Assembly: GCA_001772055.1 (NCBI GenBank)
Contig: MERP01000102.1
Location: 1-55,874, forward strand
Direction of reading: 5' to 3'
DNA from: Betaproteobacteria bacterium RIFCSPLOWO2_12_FULL_68_19
GTDB lineage: Bacteria > Pseudomonadota > Gammaproteobacteria > Burkholderiales > SG8-39
DNA: 55,874 nt
The notes under the pieces were generated by a model. The model had not been told where the DNA came from, made no database searches, and saw only the letters and a list, made by a program, of their open reading frames with translations. Positions within the stretch are counted from its first letter, which is position 1. Each line of letters opens with the position of its first letter. Position numbers and translations under genes: made by a program. Below are positions 9,104 through 18,189 of the stretch, piece after piece.

Positions 9104-9461
9104 CGGGATAGCCCTTGCAGCTCCAGGAGACCTTGCCGCCCTGGAGCGAAGGCGTGAGGGCCACCTCGAGCGCGTTCTTCTCGTTCCAGCCCCGGATCGC
9201 GCCGTCCGCGCCGACGATCCATTTCATCTGGCCTTGCTTGGGATCGCTCTTCGGGGCGATCTTCACGCCGTTTCCGGCGCCGGCGAGCCCGCCCGACTTC
9301 TCCGCCGCCGCCGCGACCTGCTGCTTGGCCGGCTCGGCTCCCGCCACCAGCGCCTCGGCGGCCTCCTTCAGCTCCGCGCCCTGCATCTGCGGCAACACCA
9401 CCGCGACCACCAGGAATCCGATCAAGGCGAGTACTGCAACCACGAGCAAGCCGATGCGCAT
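9069..9461 (-). CDS. membrane-anchored pilin-like protein without a canonical prepilin leader
   Basis: Internal ATG 9461 is preceded by GGAGAGGGGA. The 130-aa product starts MRIGLLVVAVLALIGFLVVAVVLP. It has an Ala-rich helix and a C-terminal pilin-type disulfide loop, WSCKGYPVNAMPQSC. Confidence 0.6.
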   Translation of the reverse strand: MRIGLLVVAVLALIGFLVVAVVLPQMQGAELKEAAEALVAGAEPAKQQVAAAAEKSGGLAGAGNGVKIAPKSDPKQGQMKWIVGADGAIRGWNEKNALEVALTPSLQGGKVSWSCKGYPVNAMPQSCSGR

Positions 9462-9479
9462 CGTCCCCTCTCCCCTTTT

Positions 9480-9509
9480 TCCTTTGCTCCTGCTTCCTTT
9501 GCTCCTGCT
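9480..9509. repeat. perfect 15-bp tandem duplication (TCCTTTGCTCCTGCT x2)
   Basis: Read directly in the divergent intergenic region between the pilin-like gene and acyP. Confidence 0.9.
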
Positions 9510-9539
9510 CCCCGCGAGCCAGCTTAACATGGGGCTCGC

Positions 9540-9830
9540 ATGTCTTGCATGGTGACTCGGCAAATTCGTGTCAGCGGCCGCGTGCAAGGCGTCGGCTATC
9601 GCGCCGCCCTGCAGGCGCAGGCGCGCCGGGCCGGCGTGGCGGGCTGGGTGCGAAACCGCGCCGACGGCAGCGTCGAGGCGCTCGTGCACGGCCCCGCCGA
9701 CGCCGTGGAGGCGATCATCGCCTGGGCGCGGCGCGGCCCGCCCGGGTCGCTGGTGGCGGACGTCCAGATAACGCCCGCCGACGCCCGCGAGCTGCCGCAG
9801 GCGCGCTTCGAGCTCAGGCCGACCGCCTAG
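9540..9830 (+). CDS. acyP: acylphosphatase
   Basis: 96 aa with the VSGRVQGVGYR signature and WVRNRADGSVE. Confidence 0.85.
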   Translation: MSCMVTRQIRVSGRVQGVGYRAALQAQARRAGVAGWVRNRADGSVEALVHGPADAVEAIIAWARRGPPGSLVADVQITPADARELPQARFELRPTA

Positions 9831-10570
9831 GCCCTGGCGCGGCGCTTCAAGGCGTTGACGACCGAGAATTCCCACGGCCGGCAGGCGGCGAGCAGCGCCA
9901 CGCCGACGCGCTTGCCGCTCGGCACCGAAGAGTCGACCTCGGCGAATTCGTTGAACTCCCGCACCAGGCGCTCGAGGCGGCGTTTCAGGACCACGGCCGA
10001 CTCCGGCGAAAGCACGCGCGACTCGAAGCGCAGCAGCTCGAGCGGCGCGTCGAACCGGCCCTGGAGGAACTCCTGCATGACGCGGCGTCCATAGGCCTTC
10101 TTCACCGGCCCGCCGGGGCGCCAGAGGAAATCCTTGGGCACCCGCAGGCGCACGCGGTCGCGCGGGCCCCAGTCGATCAGCGCCAGTCTTTCGAGACGCG
10201 CGCAGGCGGCGGTCAACTCGGCACGCGAAATGGCGAACGCCTCGACGATCTCGCCGAAGCGCCAGTCGTTCTGCAGCAGCCAGAACACCGACAGCAGCCG
10301 CTCGTCCCTGGCGAGCGCCGCCTCCTGCTCCTGGCTGAGCTCGGCCGGCCCGGCCGCCGCCCCGCGGCTCATGCGCGCCACCTCGTCGAGCTCCAGCTCG
10401 AGCACGCCGAGGATCTGCTCGATGCGGCTCAGGGTGAAGCTGCCGCGCGAAAACATGCGCTTGACGCTCGCCTCGGACAAGCGCAGCTCGCGCGCCAGTG
10501 CGCCGTAGGTCAGGCCGCGCGCGCGCAGGCTCTTCTTCAGCGCGTCGACGAAGCGGCTGCGCGGCGGCAT
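9827..10570 (-). CDS. XRE-family (Cro/C1 HTH) transcriptional regulator
   Basis: The N-terminal HTH reads LTYGALARELRLSEASVKRMFSRGSFTLSRIEQI. ATG 10570 is preferred; the ORF-track start 10579 is a GTG. Confidence 0.75.
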   Translation of the reverse strand: MPPRSRFVDALKKSLRARGLTYGALARELRLSEASVKRMFSRGSFTLSRIEQILGVLELELDEVARMSRGAAAGPAELSQEQEAALARDERLLSVFWLLQNDWRFGEIVEAFAISRAELTAACARLERLALIDWGPRDRVRLRVPKDFLWRPGGPVKKAYGRRVMQEFLQGRFDAPLELLRFESRVLSPESAVVLKRRLERLVREFNEFAEVDSSVPSGKRVGVALLAACRPWEFSVVNALKRRARA

Positions 10571-10666
10571 GGGACGCACGGTATCACAATCCGATACTTT
10601 CCAGATTGGTATTGCATCGCGCCCATCCCCCTGCCGACAATCGGCGCCTCAAGGAGGAGCGACGCC

Positions 10667-11596
10667 ATGTCCGAGCCGCTGTCCCGCCCGCTGTCGGCAG
10701 CCGAGCTGTGCGATGCGATGCGCCGCGCGCGCGCCTTCGACGCGTCGCAGCTCGACCGGATCCTGCGCGTGGACGAGACGCGCGGCCTGGTGGAGGTGCA
10801 GGGCAGCGCGACCTGGCGCGGCCTCGCCGCCCGGTTGCGCCCGGAGGACCCCCGGGCCGGCGCGGTGCGGACCACCATGCCGACGGTGGGCGAAAGCATC
10901 GCCCGCAACGCCGCGGGCCCGGACGGACGGCCCGCGGTCATCCACGTCGAATCGCTCGCGCTGGTGACGCCCGACGGCGAGCTGCGCCGCCTGAGCAGGC
11001 AGAGCAACAGCGAGCTGTTCGCGCTCGCGGTCGGCGGGCAGGGAATATTCGGCGTGCCCTACAGCGTCACGTTGCGCATCGAGTCTCTCGCGCGCGCGGT
11101 GAGCGAGGCGCTCCCCGCCTCGCAGCCCGGCACGCCGGCGCCCGGCCGTTCCCTGCAGCTGCTCGTGCCGCCGGAGGCGCTGGAGCGATTCATCGCCGCG
11201 GCGCAGGAGCGCTGCGCCGAGTGGCGCGTCGCGCTCGAGGACCTGGCGGTACGCCGCACGCTGCAGGAGCAGGAGACGTTCCTGCGCTGGGCGCGGCGAG
11301 ACTATGCCGAAGTCGGGCTGCGGCTGGGCGGCACGGCGACGCTCGGGGGATCGCTCAAGGCGACGCAGCTGCGCCAGGGGCTGATCGACGCCGCCATCGC
11401 CGCCGGCGGCGCGTTCCACATCGCCTGCACGCCCGAGGCGACGCGCGCGCAGACCGAGGTCTGTTATCCGCAGCTCAGGCGCTTCATCGCGGAGAAGCGG
11501 CGCTTCGATCGCGACGAGCGGCTGGTCAATCCCTGGTATTGCCGGCAGCGCAGCCTGCTCGGGCGCGAGCCCTGCGAGTCGCGCTGGGCAGGCTAG
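10667..11596 (+). CDS. FAD-binding PCMH-type-domain-like protein, with the N-terminal part of the domain apparently missing
   Basis: ATG 10667 is preceded by AAGGAGGA. The segments VEVQGSATWRGLAARL...TVGESIARNAAGPDG...LVTPDGELRRLS...ELFALAVGGQGIFGV resemble the second half of FAD_binding_4 domains. Confidence 0.6.
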   Translation: MSEPLSRPLSAAELCDAMRRARAFDASQLDRILRVDETRGLVEVQGSATWRGLAARLRPEDPRAGAVRTTMPTVGESIARNAAGPDGRPAVIHVESLALVTPDGELRRLSRQSNSELFALAVGGQGIFGVPYSVTLRIESLARAVSEALPASQPGTPAPGRSLQLLVPPEALERFIAAAQERCAEWRVALEDLAVRRTLQEQETFLRWARRDYAEVGLRLGGTATLGGSLKATQLRQGLIDAAIAAGGAFHIACTPEATRAQTEVCYPQLRRFIAEKRRFDRDERLVNPWYCRQRSLLGREPCESRWAG

Positions 11597-14500
11597 AGCG
11601 CGGCGTACACGACCTGGACGTTCTCCGGCTCGAGCCACTCGCCCAGCTCGGCGAGCAGGCGGCTGTCGGGACGCACGCGCCAGGAATCGCCGAGCGCCAC
11701 CTGGCACACGGCCTTGCCGTTCTCGTAGAGCACCAGCACCTGGCAGGCGCCCTGGGCCGTGGAGCGATAAGGGGCAAGGACTTGCTGCAGGCGCTGGGCG
11801 TCGGCCCGGCCGTTCAGCGCGATGCGCAGCCGCGCCGCGTACCGCTCGCGCAGGGACTCGAGGTCGAGAAGCTCCTCGGCGGTGACGCGCATGCCGCCCG
11901 AGAACTCGTCGCGCTGCACCTTGCCCGCGACGACCAGCAGCGCGTCCTCCTTGAGCTTGTCGCGGTGCTTCTCGAACAGCTCGTTGAACACCGAGATTTC
12001 GAGCTGCGCGGTGCCGTCGTCCAGCATCACCACCATCATCCGTCCCCGGCGCGTCATCTGGCTGCGCGCGGAGGCGACGATGCCGGCCATCCAGCTGCGC
12101 TGCTCCGAAGGCGCAAGCCGGGCGAGCGGCGTGCGCGGGAAGCCCGCCAGCTCGCGCTCGTAGACCGAGAACAGGTGGCCGGAGAGGTAGAAGCCGAGCG
12201 CGGCCTTCTCTTCCAGCAGCACCTGTTTCCTGTCCCAGGGCGCCGCCTCGACGTACGCATGGGCACCGCCGCGCGGCGCCTCGGCTTCGCCGAACAGGCT
12301 GCTTTGCGATGCCTGCCGCTCGGCCTGCTCGGCCGCCTCGAGGGCGCGCGCCACCGACGCCAGCAGGCGCGCGCGGTTCGGGTCGACGCTGTCGAAGGCG
12401 CCGGCGCGAACCATCGCCTCGATCGCCCTGCGGTTGACGACGCGCCGGTCGACGCGCCGGCAGAAATCGAACAGGTCGCGGAACGGCCCCGCGCGGCGCG
12501 CCTCGACCACGGTCTGGATCGCCGACTCGCCGCTGCCGCGGATCGCGCCCAGGCCGTACAGGATCGTCTCCCGGTCGACCGGGACGAAGCGGTGCTCCGA
12601 CGTATTGACGTCCGGCGGCCGGATCTTCAGCCCGTTGGCGCTGGCATCCTCGTAGAACTGGCGCACCTTGTCGGTGTCGTCCATGACCGCCGAGAGGTTC
12701 GCCGCCAGGAACGCGGCAGCGTGGTGGGCCTTCATGTAGGCGGTCTGGTAGGCGAGCAGCGCATAGGCCGCCGCATGCGACTTGTTGAAGCCGTAGCCCG
12801 CGAATTTCTCCATCAGGTCGAAGAGCTGCGTTGCCTTGGCGCGGGCGAGGCCGTTCTGCTGCGCGCCGGCGACGAAGACGTCGCGCTGCTGCGCCATTTC
12901 CTCCGCTTTCTTCTTGCCCATCGCACGGCGCAGCAGATCGGCGCGGCCCAGCGTATAGCCGCCGATCACCTGCGCGATCTTCATCACCTGCTCCTGGTAG
13001 ACCATGATGCCGTAGGTCGGCCCGAGGATCGGCTCGAGCCGCGGGTCGAGATATTCGACGCGCTTGCCGTGCTTGCGCTCGATGTACTCGGGGATCAGGT
13101 CCATCGGGCCGGGCCGGTACAGCGCAACCAGGGCGATGACGTCCTCGAAGCGGTCGGGACGCGCGCGCTTGATGAGGTCGCGCATGCCGCGCGATTCCAG
13201 CTGGAACACGGCGGTCGTGCTGCCCGAGGAAAGCAGCTTGTAGGTCTGCGCGTCATCCAGGGGAATTTTTTCCAGAGAAAACCCCGGCTCGCCCAGGCCG
13301 CGCACGTAGCGCTCCGCCCAGTCCAGGATGGTGAGCGTGGTGAGCCCGAGGAAGTCGAACTTCACCAGGCCCACCGCCTCGACGTCGTCCTTGTCGAGCT
13401 GCGAGATGACGTTCGCCGTGCCCTCGGCGGCGTACAGCGGGCAGTAGTCGGTCAGGCGGCCCGGCGCGATGAGCACGCCTCCGGCGTGCATGCCGACGTT
13501 GCGCACCAGGCCCTCGAGCTTCTCGCCCAGCTCGAGCAGCTCCGCGACCTCGTCCTCGCTTTTCTCCCGCTCGGCGAGCAGCGGCTCCATCTCGCGCGCC
13601 ATCTGCAGCGTGATCATCTTGCCCGGCTGGACGGGGATCAGCTTCGCGAGCTGGTCGCAGAAGCTGTAGCCGAGGTCGAGCACCCGGCCCACATCGCGCA
13701 CCACCGCGCGCGCCGCCATGGTGCCGAAAGTGGCGATCTGCGAAACGCACTGCTCTCCGTACTTGTGGCGCACGTAGTCGATCACGCGGTCGCGGCCGTC
13801 CTGGCAGAAATCGATGTCGAAATCCGGCATCGAGACGCGCTCCGGGTTGAGGAAGCGCTCGAACAGCAGGTCGTAGCGCAGCGGATCGAGATTGGTGATG
13901 CCGAGCGAGTAGGCGACCAGCGACCCGGCGCCGGAGCCGCGACCCGGCCCGACCGGCACGCCGTTGGGGAATGCAGGCTCGCGTACCGCTCGGGCCCAGT
14001 TGATGAAATCGGCGACGATGAGGAAGTAGCCGGCGAAGCCCATCTGGATGATGGTCGCGAGCTCGAAGTCCAGCCGCTCCCGATAGCGCGCTTCCTGATC
14101 CAGCTTCCTTCTTGTCAGTCCTGCGTTCGCCTGGGCCCGCAGGTAGTCGTCGATCGACGTTCCCGGCGGCGTGGGGAAGTCCGGCAACCGGCTCCTGCCC
14201 AGCTCGATGTCGAGGTTGCAGCGCCGCGCGATCTCGACCGAGTTCTCGAGCGCCTGGGGGATGTCGGCGAACAGGCGCGCCATTTCCTCCTGGCTCTTGA
14301 AGTACTGCTCGGGGGTGAACAGCTTCGGCCGGCGCTGGTCTCCGAGCACGTAGCCCTGGGCGATGCAGACGCGCGCTTCGTGCGCCTTGAAGTCCTCGGG
14401 CGCGAGAAACTGCACCGGGTGCGTGGCGACTACCGGAGCGCCGGTGCGCGCGGCCAGCGCGACGCAACGCGACAGCACCGCCTCCCCGTTGGGCAACCCC

Positions 14501-15021
14501 GCCCGCTGCAGCTCGAGGTAGTACCGGCCCGGGAAAAGCCTCGTCCAGCCCGCGGCGAGCCGCTCGGCCGCCTCGGCATGGCCCGCGAGCAGGGCCTGCC
14601 CCACATCGCCGGCCGCCGCGCCCGAAAGCGCGATCAGCCCGTCGGTGCCGCCCTCCTCGAGCCAGCCGCGCGCGATCTCGGCCCGGGCGCGGTGCTGGTT
14701 CGCGAGCCAGGCCCTGGAGAGCAGCTCGCACAGTCTCAAGTACCCGGCGCGCGAGGCGCACAGCAGCAGCAGGCGATGGGGCTTGTCGCGGTCGGATTCG
14801 TTCTGCAGCCAGCAGTCGGCGCCGAGCAGCGGCTTCAGGCCCGCCGCGCGCGCCGCGCTGTAGAACTTCACCATGCCGAACAGATTGGCGCTGTCGGTGA
14901 GGGCGAGGGCCGGCATGCCGTCGGCCGCCGCGCGCTGCACCGCGTCCTCGATGCGCACGATGCCCTCGCTCACCGAGTATTCGCTATGCATCCTCAGGTG
15001 AACGAAACGCGGCCCTCCCAT
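11593..15021 (-). CDS. dnaE: DNA polymerase III alpha subunit
   Basis: About 1140 aa. It has a PHP N-terminus (PRFVHLRMHSEYSV), the motifs GPGRGSGAGSLVAY and FNKSHAAAYAL, and an OB fold at the C-terminus. Start ATG 15021 is preferred; the ORF extends to 15072. Confidence 0.95.
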   Translation of the reverse strand: MGGPRFVHLRMHSEYSVSEGIVRIEDAVQRAAADGMPALALTDSANLFGMVKFYSAARAAGLKPLLGADCWLQNESDRDKPHRLLLLCASRAGYLRLCELLSRAWLANQHRARAEIARGWLEEGGTDGLIALSGAAAGDVGQALLAGHAEAAERLAAGWTRLFPGRYYLELQRAGLPNGEAVLSRCVALAARTGAPVVATHPVQFLAPEDFKAHEARVCIAQGYVLGDQRRPKLFTPEQYFKSQEEMARLFADIPQALENSVEIARRCNLDIELGRSRLPDFPTPPGTSIDDYLRAQANAGLTRRKLDQEARYRERLDFELATIIQMGFAGYFLIVADFINWARAVREPAFPNGVPVGPGRGSGAGSLVAYSLGITNLDPLRYDLLFERFLNPERVSMPDFDIDFCQDGRDRVIDYVRHKYGEQCVSQIATFGTMAARAVVRDVGRVLDLGYSFCDQLAKLIPVQPGKMITLQMAREMEPLLAEREKSEDEVAELLELGEKLEGLVRNVGMHAGGVLIAPGRLTDYCPLYAAEGTANVISQLDKDDVEAVGLVKFDFLGLTTLTILDWAERYVRGLGEPGFSLEKIPLDDAQTYKLLSSGSTTAVFQLESRGMRDLIKRARPDRFEDVIALVALYRPGPMDLIPEYIERKHGKRVEYLDPRLEPILGPTYGIMVYQEQVMKIAQVIGGYTLGRADLLRRAMGKKKAEEMAQQRDVFVAGAQQNGLARAKATQLFDLMEKFAGYGFNKSHAAAYALLAYQTAYMKAHHAAAFLAANLSAVMDDTDKVRQFYEDASANGLKIRPPDVNTSEHRFVPVDRETILYGLGAIRGSGESAIQTVVEARRAGPFRDLFDFCRRVDRRVVNRRAIEAMVRAGAFDSVDPNRARLLASVARALEAAEQAERQASQSSLFGEAEAPRGGAHAYVEAAPWDRKQVLLEEKAALGFYLSGHLFSVYERELAGFPRTPLARLAPSEQRSWMAGIVASARSQMTRRGRMMVVMLDDGTAQLEISVFNELFEKHRDKLKEDALLVVAGKVQRDEFSGGMRVTAEELLDLESLRERYAARLRIALNGRADAQRLQQVLAPYRSTAQGACQVLVLYENGKAVCQVALGDSWRVRPDSRLLAELGEWLEPENVQVVYAAL

Positions 15022-15049
15022 GTCAAAAAATTCTACCGGAAAGGCCATC

Positions 15050-15352
15050 ATGAAACGCCTGCTGCTGCTCATTTCCTTCCTTGCCGCCGGCGCCGTCGCG
15101 GCGCAGGAGCGCGGCTCCCCGCTCGACCAGGCTTACGAGGAGGCGCGCGCCGCCTACAACGACCTGAAAGCCGCCGAGGCGCGCCGCGACCAGGGCGTCG
15201 ATTCCCAGCCCGGCGAGCGCATCGGCAGCGCGGCGGGCGGCAGCCGCCCGACCGAGAGCTACTTCGCGCGCCAGGCGCTACTGGAGCAGGAGGCCGAGCT
15301 TGCGCGGCGCCGCTACGAGGCCGCGATGAAGCGCTGGAACGACTTGAAGTAG
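15050..15352 (+). CDS. small secreted helical protein, unknown function
   Basis: ATG 15050 follows GGAAAGG. The signal peptide is MKRLLLLISFLAAGAVAAQ. The rest is rich in charged helix. Confidence 0.6.
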   Translation: MKRLLLLISFLAAGAVAAQERGSPLDQAYEEARAAYNDLKAAEARRDQGVDSQPGERIGSAAGGSRPTESYFARQALLEQEAELARRRYEAAMKRWNDLK

Positions 15353-16348
15353 CTAGACGACGAGCGCCTCGGGCTCGCCCGACGAGGCCTCGATGCTGCC
15401 GATCTCATGCACGGTCTCGCCCGCCGCACGCAGCTCGCGCGCAGCGCGCTGCGCGTCGCCCGCCGCCACCACCGCGACCATGCCGATGCCGCAGTTGAAG
15501 ACGCGGAACATCTCGTTTTCCGCGACCTTGCCTTCGCGCTGCAGCCACTCGAAGAGCGCGGGGCGCGGCCAGGCGCTCTTGCGGATGCGCGCCGAGACGC
15601 CCCTGGGCAGGATGCGCGGGACGTTGCCCGTGATGCCGCCGCCGGTGATGTGCGCAAGGCCCTTCACCGGCACCGCCTCGAGGAGCTTCAGGACCGGCTT
15701 GACGTAGATGCGCGTAGGCTCGAGCAGGTCGAACGGCGGCGCCGAGCGCGCCACGATCTTGCGGATCAGCGAATAGCCGTTGGAGTGCGCGCCGCTCGAG
15801 GCGAGCCCCAGGACCACGTCGCCGGGACGGATCGAGCGCCCGTCCAGCGCCCGCTCCTTCTCGACCACCCCGACGCAGAAACCCGCGAGGTCGTACTCGC
15901 CTTGCGGGTACATGCCGGGCATTTCGGCGGTCTCGCCGCCGATGAGCGCGCAGCCGGCGAGCTCGCAGCCGCGAGCGATGCCCTTGACGACCTCGGCGGC
16001 GACGCGCGCATCGAGCTTGCCGCACGCGAAGTAGTCGAGGAAGAACAGCGGCTCGGCGCCCTGCACCAGCACGTCGTTCGCGCTCATCGCCACCAGGTCG
16101 ATGCCGATGGTGTCGTGACGTGCCGCGGCGAAGGCGAGCTTCAGCTTGGTGCCGACGCCGTCGGTGCCGGCCACGAGCACCGGCTGCCGGTACTTCTTCG
16201 GCAGCTCGCACAGCGCACCGAAGCCGCCGATGCCCGCGAGCACTTCCGGGCGCAGCGTGCGCTTGGCAAAGGGCTTGATCGCCTCGACCAGCGCGTCGCC
16301 GGCATCGATGTCGACGCCGGCGTCGCGGTAGGAGGTCGCTTTCGACAT
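15353..16348 (-). CDS. purM: phosphoribosylformylglycinamidine cyclo-ligase (AIR synthetase)
   Basis: It starts [17 protein letters not shown] and carries DGVGTKL and other typical PurM sequence. ATG 16348 is chosen. Confidence 0.95.
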   Translation of the reverse strand: MSKATSYRDAGVDIDAGDALVEAIKPFAKRTLRPEVLAGIGGFGALCELPKKYRQPVLVAGTDGVGTKLKLAFAAARHDTIGIDLVAMSANDVLVQGAEPLFFLDYFACGKLDARVAAEVVKGIARGCELAGCALIGGETAEMPGMYPQGEYDLAGFCVGVVEKERALDGRSIRPGDVVLGLASSGAHSNGYSLIRKIVARSAPPFDLLEPTRIYVKPVLKLLEAVPVKGLAHITGGGITGNVPRILPRGVSARIRKSAWPRPALFEWLQREGKVAENEMFRVFNCGIGMVAVVAAGDAQRAARELRAAGETVHEIGSIEASSGEPEALVV

Positions 16349-16367
16349 GCTAGAGTCGCGCATTCTA

Positions 16368-17009
16368 ATGCAACAGCTTCCGCTCGAGATCTCCGTTGCC
16401 GCCGAGCCGAGCTTCGACAACTTCGTCGCCGGCGCGAACGGCGAGGCGCTTGCGCGCGTGCGCGAGCTCGCGGCGGGGACGCTGCGCGAAGCGATCGTCT
16501 ATCTCTGGGGGGAGGCGGGCAGCGGGCGCTCGCACCTTCTGCGCGCTGCCGCCCGCGCCAACCCGGGCCTGGTGATCGCCGATGACGTGGAGGCGCTCGA
16601 TGCGTCGAGCCAGCAGACGCTTTTCGTCGCGATCAACTCGGCGCGCGAGGGCCAGTGCGCGGTGCTCGCGGCCGGCGCCGCTGCCCCGGCCGCGCTCGCC
16701 TTGAGGGAGGACCTGCGCACCCGGCTCGCCTGGGGACTGGTCTACCAGCTCAAGCCGCTCGGCGACGAGGAAAAGGCGCGCCATCTGCGCGCCGAAGCGC
16801 AGCGCCGCGGCCTCGAGCTGAGCGAGGAGATCCTCGGGTTTCTCCTGACGCGCCTGCCGCGCGACCTGCCCAGCCTGCAGGGGGTGCTGGAAGTGCTTGA
16901 TCGGTATTCCCTAATCAAGCAGCGACCGCTGACCCTGCCGCTGGTGCGGGAAGCATTGGCGGCCGCGCAACAGTCAGCAGAACTCCCTCGACAAAGCGGC
17001 GCGCGGTGA
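16368..17009 (+). CDS. hda: DnaA regulatory inactivator Hda
   Basis: It contains MQQLPLEI...SFDNFVAG...[14 protein letters not shown]...[11 protein letters not shown], which lines up with E. coli Hda from memory. It is divergent from purM. Confidence 0.85.
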   Translation: MQQLPLEISVAAEPSFDNFVAGANGEALARVRELAAGTLREAIVYLWGEAGSGRSHLLRAAARANPGLVIADDVEALDASSQQTLFVAINSAREGQCAVLAAGAAAPAALALREDLRTRLAWGLVYQLKPLGDEEKARHLRAEAQRRGLELSEEILGFLLTRLPRDLPSLQGVLEVLDRYSLIKQRPLTLPLVREALAAAQQSAELPRQSGAR

Positions 17010-17046
17010 GTAGATTCATCAACTCGTCACCAGGCCCGGCCACGCG

Positions 17047-17472
17047 ATGTTGCAGAGGACATTCGCCGTTTCGCTCGCTCTCTGCGCCGCCCTTGCTGCG
17101 GCGCTGCCCGCGTACGGGCAATCGGGGTTGCGCCTGCCGCAGCGCGGCGAGCCCGGCCTCGATCCGGCGTTTGCGCGAGGCTGGCTCGCGCCGGAATACG
17201 ACCACTTCGGCTTTGCCACCTTTCGCTGGCGCGACAACGCCCGCCTCGGCCCCGTTCAGCGCATGCACTGGGCCTATTCCTTCAGCGAGCGCAGCAGCTT
17301 AGGCATGTCGCTCGGAGCCAACCGGGAGCTCGAAGAGCAGCGCCAGTATTCGGTGTTCGGCAGCTACTGGCTGTCGCCTGACTGGGCCGTGAGCGCGGAG
17401 ACCCTGGGCCGCGATGCGACCGGCCTGTTCCGCCTGCAGGACATCCGCATCGGCGTGCAGCGCCGGTTCTGA
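17047..17472 (+). CDS. secreted protein, possibly a small outer-membrane beta protein
   Basis: The signal peptide is MLQRTFAVSLALCAALAAALPAYGQ. The C-terminal residue is Phe (..GVQRRF). Confidence 0.55.
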   Translation: MLQRTFAVSLALCAALAAALPAYGQSGLRLPQRGEPGLDPAFARGWLAPEYDHFGFATFRWRDNARLGPVQRMHWAYSFSERSSLGMSLGANRELEEQRQYSVFGSYWLSPDWAVSAETLGRDATGLFRLQDIRIGVQRRF

Positions 17473-17509
17473 AGTCGACCGGCGGGGGCCTCGGTAGAAT
17501 CGGCGCGCC

Positions 17510-18175
17510 ATGCGCCTGGCCCTGTTCGACCTCGACAACACGCTGCTCGCCGGCGACAGCGACTACGAGTGGGGCCAGTTCCTGGTCGACTGCGGCGTGC
17601 TCGAGCGCGAGACCTACGAGGCGCAGAACCGCGCCTATTACGAGCAGTACGCCGCCGGCACGCTCGACATCCACGAGTATCTGGGCTTTGCGCTGCGCCC
17701 GCTCGCCCGGCACGCGCCGCAGGACCTGGCGCGCTGGCACGCGGACTTCATGCGGCTGCGCGTGCTGCCCATGATCACGCCCGGCGCGCGCGCTCTGGTG
17801 CGCCGCCACCTGGAGAACGCCGATCTGTGCGCCATCGTGACCGCCACCAACAGCTTCGTCACTGCGCCGATCGCGCGCGAGTTCGGCGTGGGCCACCTGA
17901 TCGCCACCGAGCCGGAATCGCGCGACGGGCGCTTCACCGGCAGGGTGGCGGGCACGCCCTGCTTCCGCGAAGGCAAGGTGGCGCGCGTCGACGAGTGGCT
18001 GCTCGGCATGGGGCGGCGCCTTGCGGACTTTTCCGAAAGCAGCTTCTACAGCGACTCGCACAACGACCTTGCGCTGCTGCAACGAGTCACCCGACCGGTG
18101 GCGGTGGACCCCGACCAGGAGCTCGCAGCGCACGCGGCCAGGCGCGGCTGGGCGACGATTTCCCTGCGCCGGTAA
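17510..18175 (+). CDS. HAD-IB family hydrolase (SerB-like phosphatase family)
   Basis: The N-terminal DxD motif is ALFDLDNTLL, and HAD motif IV reads YSDSHNDLALL. Confidence 0.8.
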   Translation: MRLALFDLDNTLLAGDSDYEWGQFLVDCGVLERETYEAQNRAYYEQYAAGTLDIHEYLGFALRPLARHAPQDLARWHADFMRLRVLPMITPGARALVRRHLENADLCAIVTATNSFVTAPIAREFGVGHLIATEPESRDGRFTGRVAGTPCFREGKVARVDEWLLGMGRRLADFSESSFYSDSHNDLALLQRVTRPVAVDPDQELAAHAARRGWATISLRR

Positions 18176-18189
18176 AATCCCGGCCCTTA

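Noticed and set aside
10498-15498. A 1666-aa plus-strand ORF, together with similar giant ORFs at 32603-37207 (-), 32680-36039 (+), 29440-31611 (-), 5430-7259 (-), 6977-8854 (-), 43222-44997 (-) and 24249-26189 (+).
   Set aside because: All of them run antisense to, or out of frame with, genes that have unmistakable conserved products (dnaE, purB, secD, hyf genes, nadE, rpfC). Their translations are Arg/Ala/Gly/Pro-rich with almost no Lys/Ile/Phe/Tyr/Asn. This is the usual stop-codon-poor artefact of very GC-rich DNA.
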